Origin: Xylanimicrobium pachnodae JCM 13526 = NBRC 107786
GTDB taxonomy: Bacteria > Actinomycetota > Actinomycetes > Actinomycetales > Cellulomonadaceae
NCBI GenBank assembly: GCA_001592145.1
Contig: BCWJ01000020.1
Coordinates: 52,096-76,095 of the forward strand
DNA length: 24,000 bases
Direction: 5' to 3'
The notes beneath the pieces are model-generated. The model saw only the letters and a list, made by a program, of their open reading frames with translations, was not told where the DNA came from and made no database searches. Shown here one piece after another: positions 8,747 to 15,364 of the stretch (positions within the stretch are counted from its first letter, which is position 1; each line of letters begins with the position of its first letter). A program made the position numbers and the translations under genes.

Positions 8747-9107
8747 GCGCCCGACAAGTAGGGGACGGTCACCCGTCCCGGCTCCCGCACCCACCGGGGA
8801 CCCGGCAGGTGCGGGGGTGACGCCGACAGCAGCAGGAGAACTGCTACCGGTCTCCCCTCGACCCTGTTGACCGCTGCGGTGCCCCGGCATAGCCGTGGCG
8901 CCCGTGCCCCGTTTCGTGGATACCCCATCCGTGTCTGCTGGCACAGGTTCGAGAGCGGCGGGCTGAGGAAGCACCCGACGGTCGATCTGCTGTCGTGCGG
9001 TCAACGCTGTCACCTCCATCTCCTTGTCTCTTGGTGACGTGGTCTGGTCAATCAACCCCTGAAGTTCTCCAGGGCTCAACGGTCAGCGAAACGCCTCCCG
9101 TGACAAG
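8747..9107 (-). ncRNA. candidate IscB omega RNA (scaffold) region
   Basis: The location directly 5' of iscB and abutting its start is where IscB omega RNAs are encoded. The in-frame translation is G/A/P-rich low complexity. Local stems are visible, for example GGGACGG-TCAC-CCGTCCC at 8762-8779 and CCCTG-N8-CAGGG at 9057-9074. The exact ends are unknown. Confidence 0.4.
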
Positions 9108-9127
9108 CCCCTCCCTTCAGGGAGGGG
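9108..9127. repeat. hairpin CCCCTCCC-TTCA-GGGAGGGG (putative left-end structure of the IscB element)
   Basis: Perfect 8-bp stem with a 4-nt loop. The loop contains the present stop codon of gene B (TGA at 9117-9119 on the minus strand). Partner of the hairpin at 7325-7344. Confidence 0.5.
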
Positions 9128-9968
9128 TGATTGACTCGTCCTCGTACAGGCGGGCGACCGGGACGCGGTACTTGCGCGCGTACAGGCTGTCCCCGTCGTC
9201 GTACTCGACAACCACATACCCGGCCTTCTGTGCGACGCCCACGACGGTGACGGACATGCCGTCGAGTTCGTCGTTGCCGGGCAGGTCGAGCCGGTAGTCC
9301 TTGCCGACCATCGACGCGCGCGGCGGGCGCCGGTGCACGGTCTGCGGGCGGGTCGGCGGCACGTAGTCCTCGTTGCGGGTCCAAGTGATCACGGACTCCG
9401 GGTCGAACCGGCCCGGCGAGCAGGCGTTGCAGGAGTACTGCCGGTTCGCGGTCCTGCGGTTGCGCCCCACCTGGTGCCCGTTGGGGCAGGTGCCGACCCA
9501 GCGGGCGGCGGGCTTGGGCTGGCCGTCGAAGCAGCGTTTCCCGTCCCCGCCCAGCCCGATGGCGGTGCGCCGCCACTCCTCGTCGTGCCCGTGCCCGGGA
9601 CCGGTCAGCGCGTGCGCGACCTCGTGGGCGATGGTGTCGCGCACCTTCGCGTCGTCGTGGAGCAGGGTTAGGTCGTGAGACATGGAGATCGTGCGGTCCC
9701 GGTACCGGGTCTGCCCGGCCCGGGCCACCGCCGCGTCCCACTCGAACCGCCACCCGGCCAGGCCCACGTCGGTCAGCAGCCGCTCCGCGTCGGCGCGTAC
9801 CGCGTCCAGGCGTCGCTGCGGGTCCTCCGCGGGCGGGTACCCGTCCACCACCCCGACTGGGGCGACCGGTGCGGGCGCCGACAGGTCGTACCCGGCGGAT
9901 GAGCCGCCGGTGGTCGCAAACCGGCCCGCCTGGTCGTGCACGGCCCCGTTGGTGTCGATCGTGGTCAT
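9117..9968 (-). CDS. N-terminal-module family protein B with SprT-like zinc metallopeptidase domain
   Basis: ATG at 9968. N-terminus MTTIDTNGAVHDQAGRFATTGGSSAGYDLSAP. SprT-like core WRFEWDAAVARAGQTRYRDRTISMSHDLTLLHDDAKVRDTIAHEVAHALTGPGHGHDEEWRR (HExxH), followed by a Cys-rich ribbon (CPNGH...CNACSPG). The track ORF extends upstream over gene C and was trimmed. The last codons (ITPP*) lie in the hairpin of the IscB element. Confidence 0.8.
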   Translation of the reverse strand: MTTIDTNGAVHDQAGRFATTGGSSAGYDLSAPAPVAPVGVVDGYPPAEDPQRRLDAVRADAERLLTDVGLAGWRFEWDAAVARAGQTRYRDRTISMSHDLTLLHDDAKVRDTIAHEVAHALTGPGHGHDEEWRRTAIGLGGDGKRCFDGQPKPAARWVGTCPNGHQVGRNRRTANRQYSCNACSPGRFDPESVITWTRNEDYVPPTRPQTVHRRPPRASMVGKDYRLDLPGNDELDGMSVTVVGVAQKAGYVVVEYDDGDSLYARKYRVPVARLYEDESITPP

Positions 9969-9972
9969 GCCT

Positions 9973-9985
9973 GGCACTTGTCCGG
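9973..9985 (-). promoter_or_regulatory. CCGGACAAGTGCC motif, copy 2 (upstream of gene B)
   Basis: The core CCGGACAAG is exactly 8 nt from the ATG at 9968 and 15 nt after the stop of gene C. No Shine-Dalgarno. Confidence 0.6.
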
Positions 9986-10000
9986 GAGGCGGGCGTCCGG

Positions 10001-10975
10001 TCAGGTGGCCGGTCTCTTGTGTTTGCGGTACTTCCCGAATCCGTTGCTGGTCACCGAGACCCAGGTGCCGCACACCGGGCAGATGGCCCCGTTCCCGGCG
10101 GCGAACCCGCGCCGTTCGGTGGGGTTCTTGCGCGGGTGCGGGCCACCCCACTGATGCTGCTGCCCCGAACCGGGGCAGGTGTCGTCAGAAGGGGCTTTCC
10201 CGATCGTCCACTCCACCGGCGCGGTGGGGAAGCATACCGAGCACAAGATCGCGCCCTCCTGGTCGACCGCGGCCTTCTCGGTGAGCCCAGACAGGGTGGG
10301 CAGCCACGCGTACTGGGTCGTCGGGAAGCACGTCGAGCAGTTCATGTCCTTGTGGATGTGCCCGCCGGAGGCTTGCACGAGGAAGAACCGCTGCCACGGG
10401 TTGGCGTCGTACCGCTCCTCGTATGGGGCCGCCTCCTCAACCAGTGCTGCACGCTGCTCACGCAACGCATCGATCTTCTCGACAGCGGCCCGCGCACGAG
10501 ACGCCTTGGAGTGCGGGTCCCGCTGGTTGTCGAACGCCGCCATCACTTCGGCGCGCTGCTCGCCGGTCAAGTCCCGGTCAGGAACCCTCCCCCACTTCTC
10601 GATCACCTCTTGAGCATGGCGCTCGCGGTCGGTCAGGGGTGGCTCACTTGCGGCGAGTTCACGGGCCTTGGTCTCGGCGTCCTGGTTGCTCATCTGCCAG
10701 GGGCCCTGTTTGGACCGCCCGCGTACGACGGTGAGTTTGAACGTGTCATCAGCGGCCCGGTGGATGGCGTCGAATGCGTGCGCCGACTCGGACTGGAGTC
10801 GGTTCAGTTCACCGAAAATGCGGGCCAGTTCGGTGTCGTTGGCTACCGCTTCGTCATGCGGGACCGGTGGCGGGGAGGCTGGCACCCCCAGATCGTAGCC
10901 AGCGGCCCCGCCCGTCTGGTGGGCGTACTGGCCGACCTGGTCGTGCAGGGCGCCGTTGCGGTCGATGGTCGTCAC
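10001..10975 (-). CDS. N-terminal-module family protein C (coiled-coil-like middle, Cys-rich C-terminus)
   Basis: The GTG start overlaps the TAG stop of gene D by 1 nt (TAGTG). N-terminus VTTIDRNGALHDQVGQYAHQTGGAAGYDLGVP. C-terminal CxxC pairs (CSTCF, CSVCF, CPVCG). It has no motif copy of its own and appears translationally coupled. Confidence 0.7.
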   Translation of the reverse strand: MTTIDRNGALHDQVGQYAHQTGGAAGYDLGVPASPPPVPHDEAVANDTELARIFGELNRLQSESAHAFDAIHRAADDTFKLTVVRGRSKQGPWQMSNQDAETKARELAASEPPLTDRERHAQEVIEKWGRVPDRDLTGEQRAEVMAAFDNQRDPHSKASRARAAVEKIDALREQRAALVEEAAPYEERYDANPWQRFFLVQASGGHIHKDMNCSTCFPTTQYAWLPTLSGLTEKAAVDQEGAILCSVCFPTAPVEWTIGKAPSDDTCPGSGQQHQWGGPHPRKNPTERRGFAAGNGAICPVCGTWVSVTSNGFGKYRKHKRPAT

Positions 10976-11214
10976 TACAGGTCTTCTCCGTTGCGTTCCG
11001 CTGCGTCCGCGCACCCGATGCACAGGTGGTCGCCTGCCGCGTCGTAGTACGCCACCGACGCCTCGGTGCGCCCACACCGGTCGCAGGTGTCGTACCCGCC
11101 AACGACGGAGACGAACAGGTCGGCGCGCAGGTCGAACCCGACGGTGGGGCGCGCCTGGGAGGCGAACTGCCCGTTCGCGCCGTGCAGGTTCCCGTACCGG
11201 TCCAAGGTGGCCAT
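10975..11214 (-). CDS. N-terminal-module family protein D (module plus zinc ribbon only, 79 aa)
   Basis: ATG preceded by ACGGAGGACACG (GGAGG Shine-Dalgarno), 12 nt after the gene E stop. N-terminus MATLDRYGNLHGANGQFASQARPTVGFDL, then CDRCGR...HLCIGC. Resembles the first ~75 aa of gene H. Confidence 0.65.
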   Translation of the reverse strand: MATLDRYGNLHGANGQFASQARPTVGFDLRADLFVSVVGGYDTCDRCGRTEASVAYYDAAGDHLCIGCADAAERNGEDL

Positions 11215-11226
11215 CGTGTCCTCCGT

Positions 11227-12435
11227 TCAGTCCATGTTGTTGGCGATCAGGTATTCGGTGCCGTACGCCTCGACGGGGTCGAGACGGTCGGTGATCTGCG
11301 TGGGCAGGTCTGCCCGAGTCACCTGCTCGGGGGTGGCGGTGTCCAGAAACTCGCGGATCTTCGCGCGGGCTGCGTTGCGCGCGTGCCGGTCGTCCGGGTA
11401 CGCGGTGGACGCCTTCGCGACCTTGAGCACGGTGGCGCGCATGTCGGTGCCGACGCGTGCTGGGTCCAGGCCCCGCATCACGACGGCCGCCGCGTTCTCC
11501 CGGCCCTTCTTGCACAAGGCGCGGATTTCGGCGCCGGTCAGGTCGTCCCGCCCGGCCAGCCCCTCCCACCCGCGCCGGTCGTTGCCGGTCAGGATGCGCT
11601 CCCTAACGTCGGGTGCCAGGTCGGGGTGCGCGGCCACCAACTCGACGGCTCGGCCACCGAACCGGAACCCCCACCGGTCGGTGTCCTCGGGCCGGTCCCC
11701 CAGAATGAACCGCTGCGTCTGGGGATGAAGCCGGATCGCGTCCTCGACGACGTGGGCGGCCATCAGAGACCCGCCAGGCCCGTACGGGTCCTCCGCCGCG
11801 GCCTGCTCGATGCTGGCGATCTGCGCGGTCGCGCCCTGCTGGTCGCGTTGGGTGTACTCGGCCTCCACCTGGGCGGCGAACCGGTCCAGGGTTGTGCCCG
11901 CAGGGTCGGACGAGGTGTGCAACCGGACCCCGGTGCGCCGGTCGGTCGCTTCCAGGTACGCACCGATGGACGCATACGGGCTGGTGATGACGGCGACATC
12001 GAAGCGGGCGTCTGGGTGGTCGGCGTTCCACGCGGTGGCGTCCTGCGCGGTGGGGGCGCAGTGCGCGGTGAGGCGACGTACCTGCGGCGCGGTGAACACC
12101 CCGGGTCCGACACCGTTGGCGCTCGCCTCGAACGCGTGCTCCAACCACGTCTCCTCGGCGGCGCGCTCCACGTCCTCGACCAGGCAGTGCGTGGACCCGG
12201 TACCGGTGTGGACCGTGCCGCTCACCGGGGCGAAGCAGTTGCCGCACACCCCGGCGCAGTCGTCGGCCTGGTAGTCGGCGGCGAGCATGTCGGCGGGCAC
12301 CGGTGGCACCGAGAGCACCGGCACCGGTGTCGGCGGCTGCGACGAGCCCAGGTCATACCCGGCGGCGGGTTGCCCCTTGGCGGAGTACTGCCCGAGCCGG
12401 TCGTGCAAAGCGCCGTTGGTGTCGATGGTGGCCAC
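11227..12435 (-). CDS. N-terminal-module family protein E (unknown body)
   Basis: Start placed at the GTG at 12435 (VATIDTNGALHDRLGQYSAKGQPAAGYDLGSS), with GGAG 8 nt upstream. The track start at 12471 would add 12 aa that no other family member has. Confidence 0.7.
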   Translation of the reverse strand: MATIDTNGALHDRLGQYSAKGQPAAGYDLGSSQPPTPVPVLSVPPVPADMLAADYQADDCAGVCGNCFAPVSGTVHTGTGSTHCLVEDVERAAEETWLEHAFEASANGVGPGVFTAPQVRRLTAHCAPTAQDATAWNADHPDARFDVAVITSPYASIGAYLEATDRRTGVRLHTSSDPAGTTLDRFAAQVEAEYTQRDQQGATAQIASIEQAAAEDPYGPGGSLMAAHVVEDAIRLHPQTQRFILGDRPEDTDRWGFRFGGRAVELVAAHPDLAPDVRERILTGNDRRGWEGLAGRDDLTGAEIRALCKKGRENAAAVVMRGLDPARVGTDMRATVLKVAKASTAYPDDRHARNAARAKIREFLDTATPEQVTRADLPTQITDRLDPVEAYGTEYLIANNMD

Positions 12436-12473
12436 GTGATGCTCCGGGGTCGAAGGAGAACGGTTCGTCACCG

Positions 12474-12486
12474 CCTACTTGTCCGG
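12474..12486 (-). promoter_or_regulatory. CCGGACAAGTAGG motif, copy 3 (upstream of gene E)
   Basis: Core lies 17 nt after the gene F stop and 42 nt before the GTG at 12435. The leader ends in CCGGAGCATCAC. Confidence 0.6.
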
Positions 12487-12503
12487 GGCCGCTAACACCT
12501 GCC

Positions 12504-12968
12504 TCACCGCCAAATCCGGGCCTCGATCGGGGCGCCCACCAGGCGGGCCGCGATCAGCCGGTGCGCCCCGTCGAGGTGCCACATCCGTCCGTCTCCGGGG
12601 CGGTCCGTTACCACGATTGGCTCGATCAGGTTCCCGCGTTCGAACGCCTCCACATACGCCAGCACCTGGGCCACCTTCACGCGAGCCTGCCGCACCACCA
12701 CCGGGTCGTCGGGGGCCACCTCGATGGCTTCGTGCGCGTACTGGAACGAGCCGCCGCCGAGTCTGCCCTGCTCCGCAGAGTGCACCGCAAGGAACCCGAG
12801 GTCCGTAATCGGCACCGTCGCCCTGCGGCCCGCCACGGCACGGAACCGCTCAATCGGGGACGGTGCGGGGGCCAGGTCAAATCCGGGAACCCCGCCGGGT
12901 TGCACGGCGAACCGTCCTGCTGCGTCGTGCAGGTTGCCGTGGTCGTCGAGCGTGCGTGCGGCGGTCAC
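12504..12968 (-). CDS. N-terminal-module family protein F with ParB/Srx-like N-terminal domain
   Basis: The GTG start overlaps the gene G stop (GTGA). N-terminus VTAARTLDDHGNLHDAAGRFAVQPGGVPGFDLAP. The C-terminal part LAYVEAFERGNLIEPIVVTDRPGDGRMWHLDGAHRLIAARLVGAPIEARIW resembles the ParB-like nuclease domain core (Pxxv...y.lvDGhHRl.Aa...G). Confidence 0.65.
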   Translation of the reverse strand: MTAARTLDDHGNLHDAAGRFAVQPGGVPGFDLAPAPSPIERFRAVAGRRATVPITDLGFLAVHSAEQGRLGGGSFQYAHEAIEVAPDDPVVVRQARVKVAQVLAYVEAFERGNLIEPIVVTDRPGDGRMWHLDGAHRLIAARLVGAPIEARIWR

Positions 12969-13768
12969 CGGCGCGACCCGCGGTCTCGGTGGTCCTGCTC
13001 GCAGGTGCCGCACAGGTGCGGGTCGTCCCCGTCGGACGGGTCGGACACCACGGACCCGCCGCACTCGTGGCAGCGGGTGGCCAGGTTCGGGACGAAGTCG
13101 ATCTGCTGGGCGGCGGGCACGTCGTAGAACCGGCCCATCGACGTGTCGACGGTGGTCCACGGGCGTCCGTCCGCCCCGATCGCCACCTCGATGTCGGTCA
13201 CGGTGAAGAAGTCGGCGCGCGACGAGTCCAGCAGGTCGGTGTACAGGCTGTCCTCCGCCGGGTGTGCGGGGTCTACGTCCGGGTCACACCATTCGCCGTC
13301 GGTGTGGACCAGCCCCGACTCGGTGACGGTCAGGCGGGCCAGGCATTCGTCGCAGGTCGGCCCGTAATGGTTGGTGACCAGCGGTGTCGCGACGATCTGG
13401 TCCCCGTCGCGTAGCCCGCCCGCGGACGCGCGCATGGTCAGTTGCGCGTCCTGGTACAGGGCGGCGCGCTGCGCGAACGACAGGTCGTTCGCGGCGGCGT
13501 ACCCGTCCAGGTAGGGGCGCGGGTCGGGGGCGGTCAGCACCGGGGCGGGTAGACGACCCGCGTTCACATGCCGGGTCAGCCACCGGGTGGTGTGCTCGGA
13601 GACGTAGTCGCCGTACGAGGTCACGTCCTGGTTCGCCGCGGTGAACAGCGTGTCCGGGACGACTTGCACTGCGGCAGGGGCCAGGTCGAACCCGGCTGCC
13701 GGGCCGGTCTTGGTCTCGAACAGCCCGGCACCGTCGTGCAGGTTTCCGCGCGCATCGATGACTGTCAT
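12965..13768 (-). CDS. N-terminal-module family protein G (unknown body, C-terminal zinc ribbon)
   Basis: ATG at 13768. N-terminus MTVIDARGNLHDGAGLFETKTGPAAGFDLAP. Cys motifs CDEC and CHECGG...HLCGTC. Motif core 8 nt upstream, no Shine-Dalgarno. Confidence 0.7.
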   Translation of the reverse strand: MTVIDARGNLHDGAGLFETKTGPAAGFDLAPAAVQVVPDTLFTAANQDVTSYGDYVSEHTTRWLTRHVNAGRLPAPVLTAPDPRPYLDGYAAANDLSFAQRAALYQDAQLTMRASAGGLRDGDQIVATPLVTNHYGPTCDECLARLTVTESGLVHTDGEWCDPDVDPAHPAEDSLYTDLLDSSRADFFTVTDIEVAIGADGRPWTTVDTSMGRFYDVPAAQQIDFVPNLATRCHECGGSVVSDPSDGDDPHLCGTCEQDHRDRGSRR

Positions 13769-13772
13769 GCGA

Positions 13773-13785
13773 GGTACTTGTCCGG
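13773..13785 (-). promoter_or_regulatory. CCGGACAAGTACC motif, copy 4 (upstream of gene G)
   Basis: Core is exactly 8 nt from the ATG at 13768 and 10 nt after the gene H stop. Confidence 0.6.
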
Positions 13786-13795
13786 CGGGTTCCGC

Positions 13796-15310
13796 TCAGC
13801 GTCGCCGCGCTCGGTGCACCAGGTCTTCTGGTCTCGTGTTCGGCTGCCATGCGGCGACGACACGGGCACGCATCTCGTCCCATTCCTGCTGGCGGGCGGA
13901 CGTCTTGGCCGCGGCTTCGGCGTTGATCCGGTCCACCATGTCCTGGGTGGCACCCATCTGGGGGTGGTAGTCGTCCACCGTGCGCACGGTGGCGTCGGCG
14001 GGGCGACGACTGGCCGAGACGGTCTGCCCGTCCACGAACCAGTAGGTGCGCTCGTTCGGATCGAACTCGTCCTCGTTGAAGGTGGCGCGCGGGAACTGCT
14101 CAGCGATCCGCTCGCGCACAACGATCGGGTCGGTCTGCGAGGCATGGACGGGGATGGTCGTCCCCGGCACGGTCTTGAACACCTCACCGTCCTTCCCGAC
14201 GTACTCGATCACGCCCGGCCCGGGCAGGAACCGCAGCCGGGTGCCGGGGTTGGTGCTGTTGCCCAGCGGCATCGTCAGCGTGACCACACCCTCGGGGCCG
14301 GTCTCGACGGAGAGCACCTTCCAGTTCCCGACCCCGTCGGACTCGATCCGGTCGCCCGCCTTGATCTCGGACGGCGCCACCGGGCGGATCTCGTCCGCGA
14401 GGCTGCCGGTGACGACCGGCTTCGCGAACGCCTTGACCCCGCCGCGCGTCGAGTTGTTCACCAACTCGTCGAAGTCGCCCCAGGGGTCTTTGCGGGCGAA
14501 GTTGGACGCGTACGAGAACGAGTCCGGGTCGTCGAACCAGCCCCGCTCCCCCGCCATCGCCACAGGCAGGCCGCGCTCCCACCGCTTGCGGGCCTCTCGC
14601 TTGTCGATCTTCTCGGTCGGGTACCGGGTGCGTCCGTCCCGTTCGTCCAAGGCGGCGGTGATGGCCCCGTTGAGCCAGGGCGAAATCTCGCCGCGCGCAT
14701 ACATGTCGTACTGGTCGCTGGGTGACAACTCCCCGGAGACGAACCGGGCCACCAGTGCGTCCTCGCGGGCCTGCTTCTCAGCCCGGAAGTCCTGGTGCTC
14801 GTCCGGGGTCTCCCCGATCTCGTCCTTGCCGAGGATGTCGAAGTCTTCAATGTCCAGCCGGATGTGGTTGCCGACCACGAATCGGTCGACCTCGCGGATG
14901 TCGGCGAACGGTCCGAACTTGCGCCCATCGGAGGTCAAGATCCACCTGGCCGTGTCGTCGGCGGCAGGCTCGCGCACCCCGGGCCGGTTGCGCGACCCGG
15001 ACAGGTGCGGGGTGTCGTCCGCTGGGTAGGAGCCGGTCGCGTTGAGCGCAAAGGTGCGGGCGTACGCGTCCGGGTCCTGCCGCATCTCCTCTAGGCGTCG
15101 TTCCTCGACGCAGGCCAGGCACCAGTGGTTCGCGCCGGACGGGCCGTACGCCTGCACGCCGCAGGTGCGGCGTCCGCAGCGGTCGCACGGGTCGCCGCGT
15201 TCGGCGCCGAGGTTCTCCGGGCTCAGGTCGTACCCGGGGGCACCTTTGTGCTGGTCGGCGTACCGGCCCAGGTTGTCGTGCAGGGCGCCGTTGTCGTCGA
15301 TGGTTGCCAC
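13796..15310 (-). CDS. N-terminal-module family protein H (module, zinc ribbon, large unknown body)
   Basis: GTG at 15310 with GGAG 8 nt upstream. N-terminus MATIDDNGALHDNLGRYADQHKGAPGYDLSPE, then CDRCGRR...HWCLACVEE. 504 aa. Confidence 0.7.
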   Translation of the reverse strand: MATIDDNGALHDNLGRYADQHKGAPGYDLSPENLGAERGDPCDRCGRRTCGVQAYGPSGANHWCLACVEERRLEEMRQDPDAYARTFALNATGSYPADDTPHLSGSRNRPGVREPAADDTARWILTSDGRKFGPFADIREVDRFVVGNHIRLDIEDFDILGKDEIGETPDEHQDFRAEKQAREDALVARFVSGELSPSDQYDMYARGEISPWLNGAITAALDERDGRTRYPTEKIDKREARKRWERGLPVAMAGERGWFDDPDSFSYASNFARKDPWGDFDELVNNSTRGGVKAFAKPVVTGSLADEIRPVAPSEIKAGDRIESDGVGNWKVLSVETGPEGVVTLTMPLGNSTNPGTRLRFLPGPGVIEYVGKDGEVFKTVPGTTIPVHASQTDPIVVRERIAEQFPRATFNEDEFDPNERTYWFVDGQTVSASRRPADATVRTVDDYHPQMGATQDMVDRINAEAAAKTSARQQEWDEMRARVVAAWQPNTRPEDLVHRARRR

Positions 15311-15347
15311 GGGTGTCTCCGGTCGGTGAGGTCTGCTGTGCTCTGTC

Positions 15348-15360
15348 GTCTCTTGTCCGG
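15348..15360 (-). promoter_or_regulatory. CCGGACAAGAGAC motif, copy 5 (upstream of gene H)
   Basis: Core lies 4 nt after the gene I stop and 41 nt before the GTG at 15310. The leader ends in CCGGAGACACCC. Confidence 0.6.
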
Positions 15361-15364
15361 CGGG

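Larger units (their letters stand above)
7325..9127 (-). mobile_element. IscB-only IS200/IS605-like (OMEGA) element, no TnpA; boundaries approximate
   Basis: The IscB ORF and a ~360-nt structured upstream region are bracketed by two near-identical hairpins with the same TTCA loop (7325-7344 and 9108-9127). Deleting 7325-9127 in silico joins gene B in frame to a TGA at 7299-7301 that lies 7 nt before the CCGGACAAG motif, as at the other array junctions. Confidence 0.55.

Noticed and set aside
8748-8760. Inverted near-copy of the array motif at the iscB start (plus strand CCCGACAAGTAGG), and GTGACAAG at 9100-9107
   Set aside because: Each has one or more mismatches to the 9-mer core. One-mismatch matches to a 9-mer are expected several times by chance in 24 kb on two strands, so I cannot distinguish these from coincidence. 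They are worth rechecking only if the motif proves to be an operator.
8747-9079. In-frame 111-codon N-terminal extension of the IscB ORF given by the ORF track
   Set aside because: The sequence is low-complexity and G/A/P-rich. IscB homologues start just before the PLMP motif. The region is better explained as the omega RNA and left end of the element, and long open frames are expected by chance in DNA this GC-rich.
9969-10151. Upstream extensions of track ORFs 9117..10151, 10001..11569, 12504..13160, 15365..16630 and 20630..21508
   Set aside because: Each extension overlaps the 3' end of the upstream gene and is Arg/Pro-rich. In every case the conserved M/V-T-T-I-D module (or MDLFVGIDFETAN for the exonuclease) begins at an internal ATG/GTG with the expected upstream context, so the genes were trimmed.
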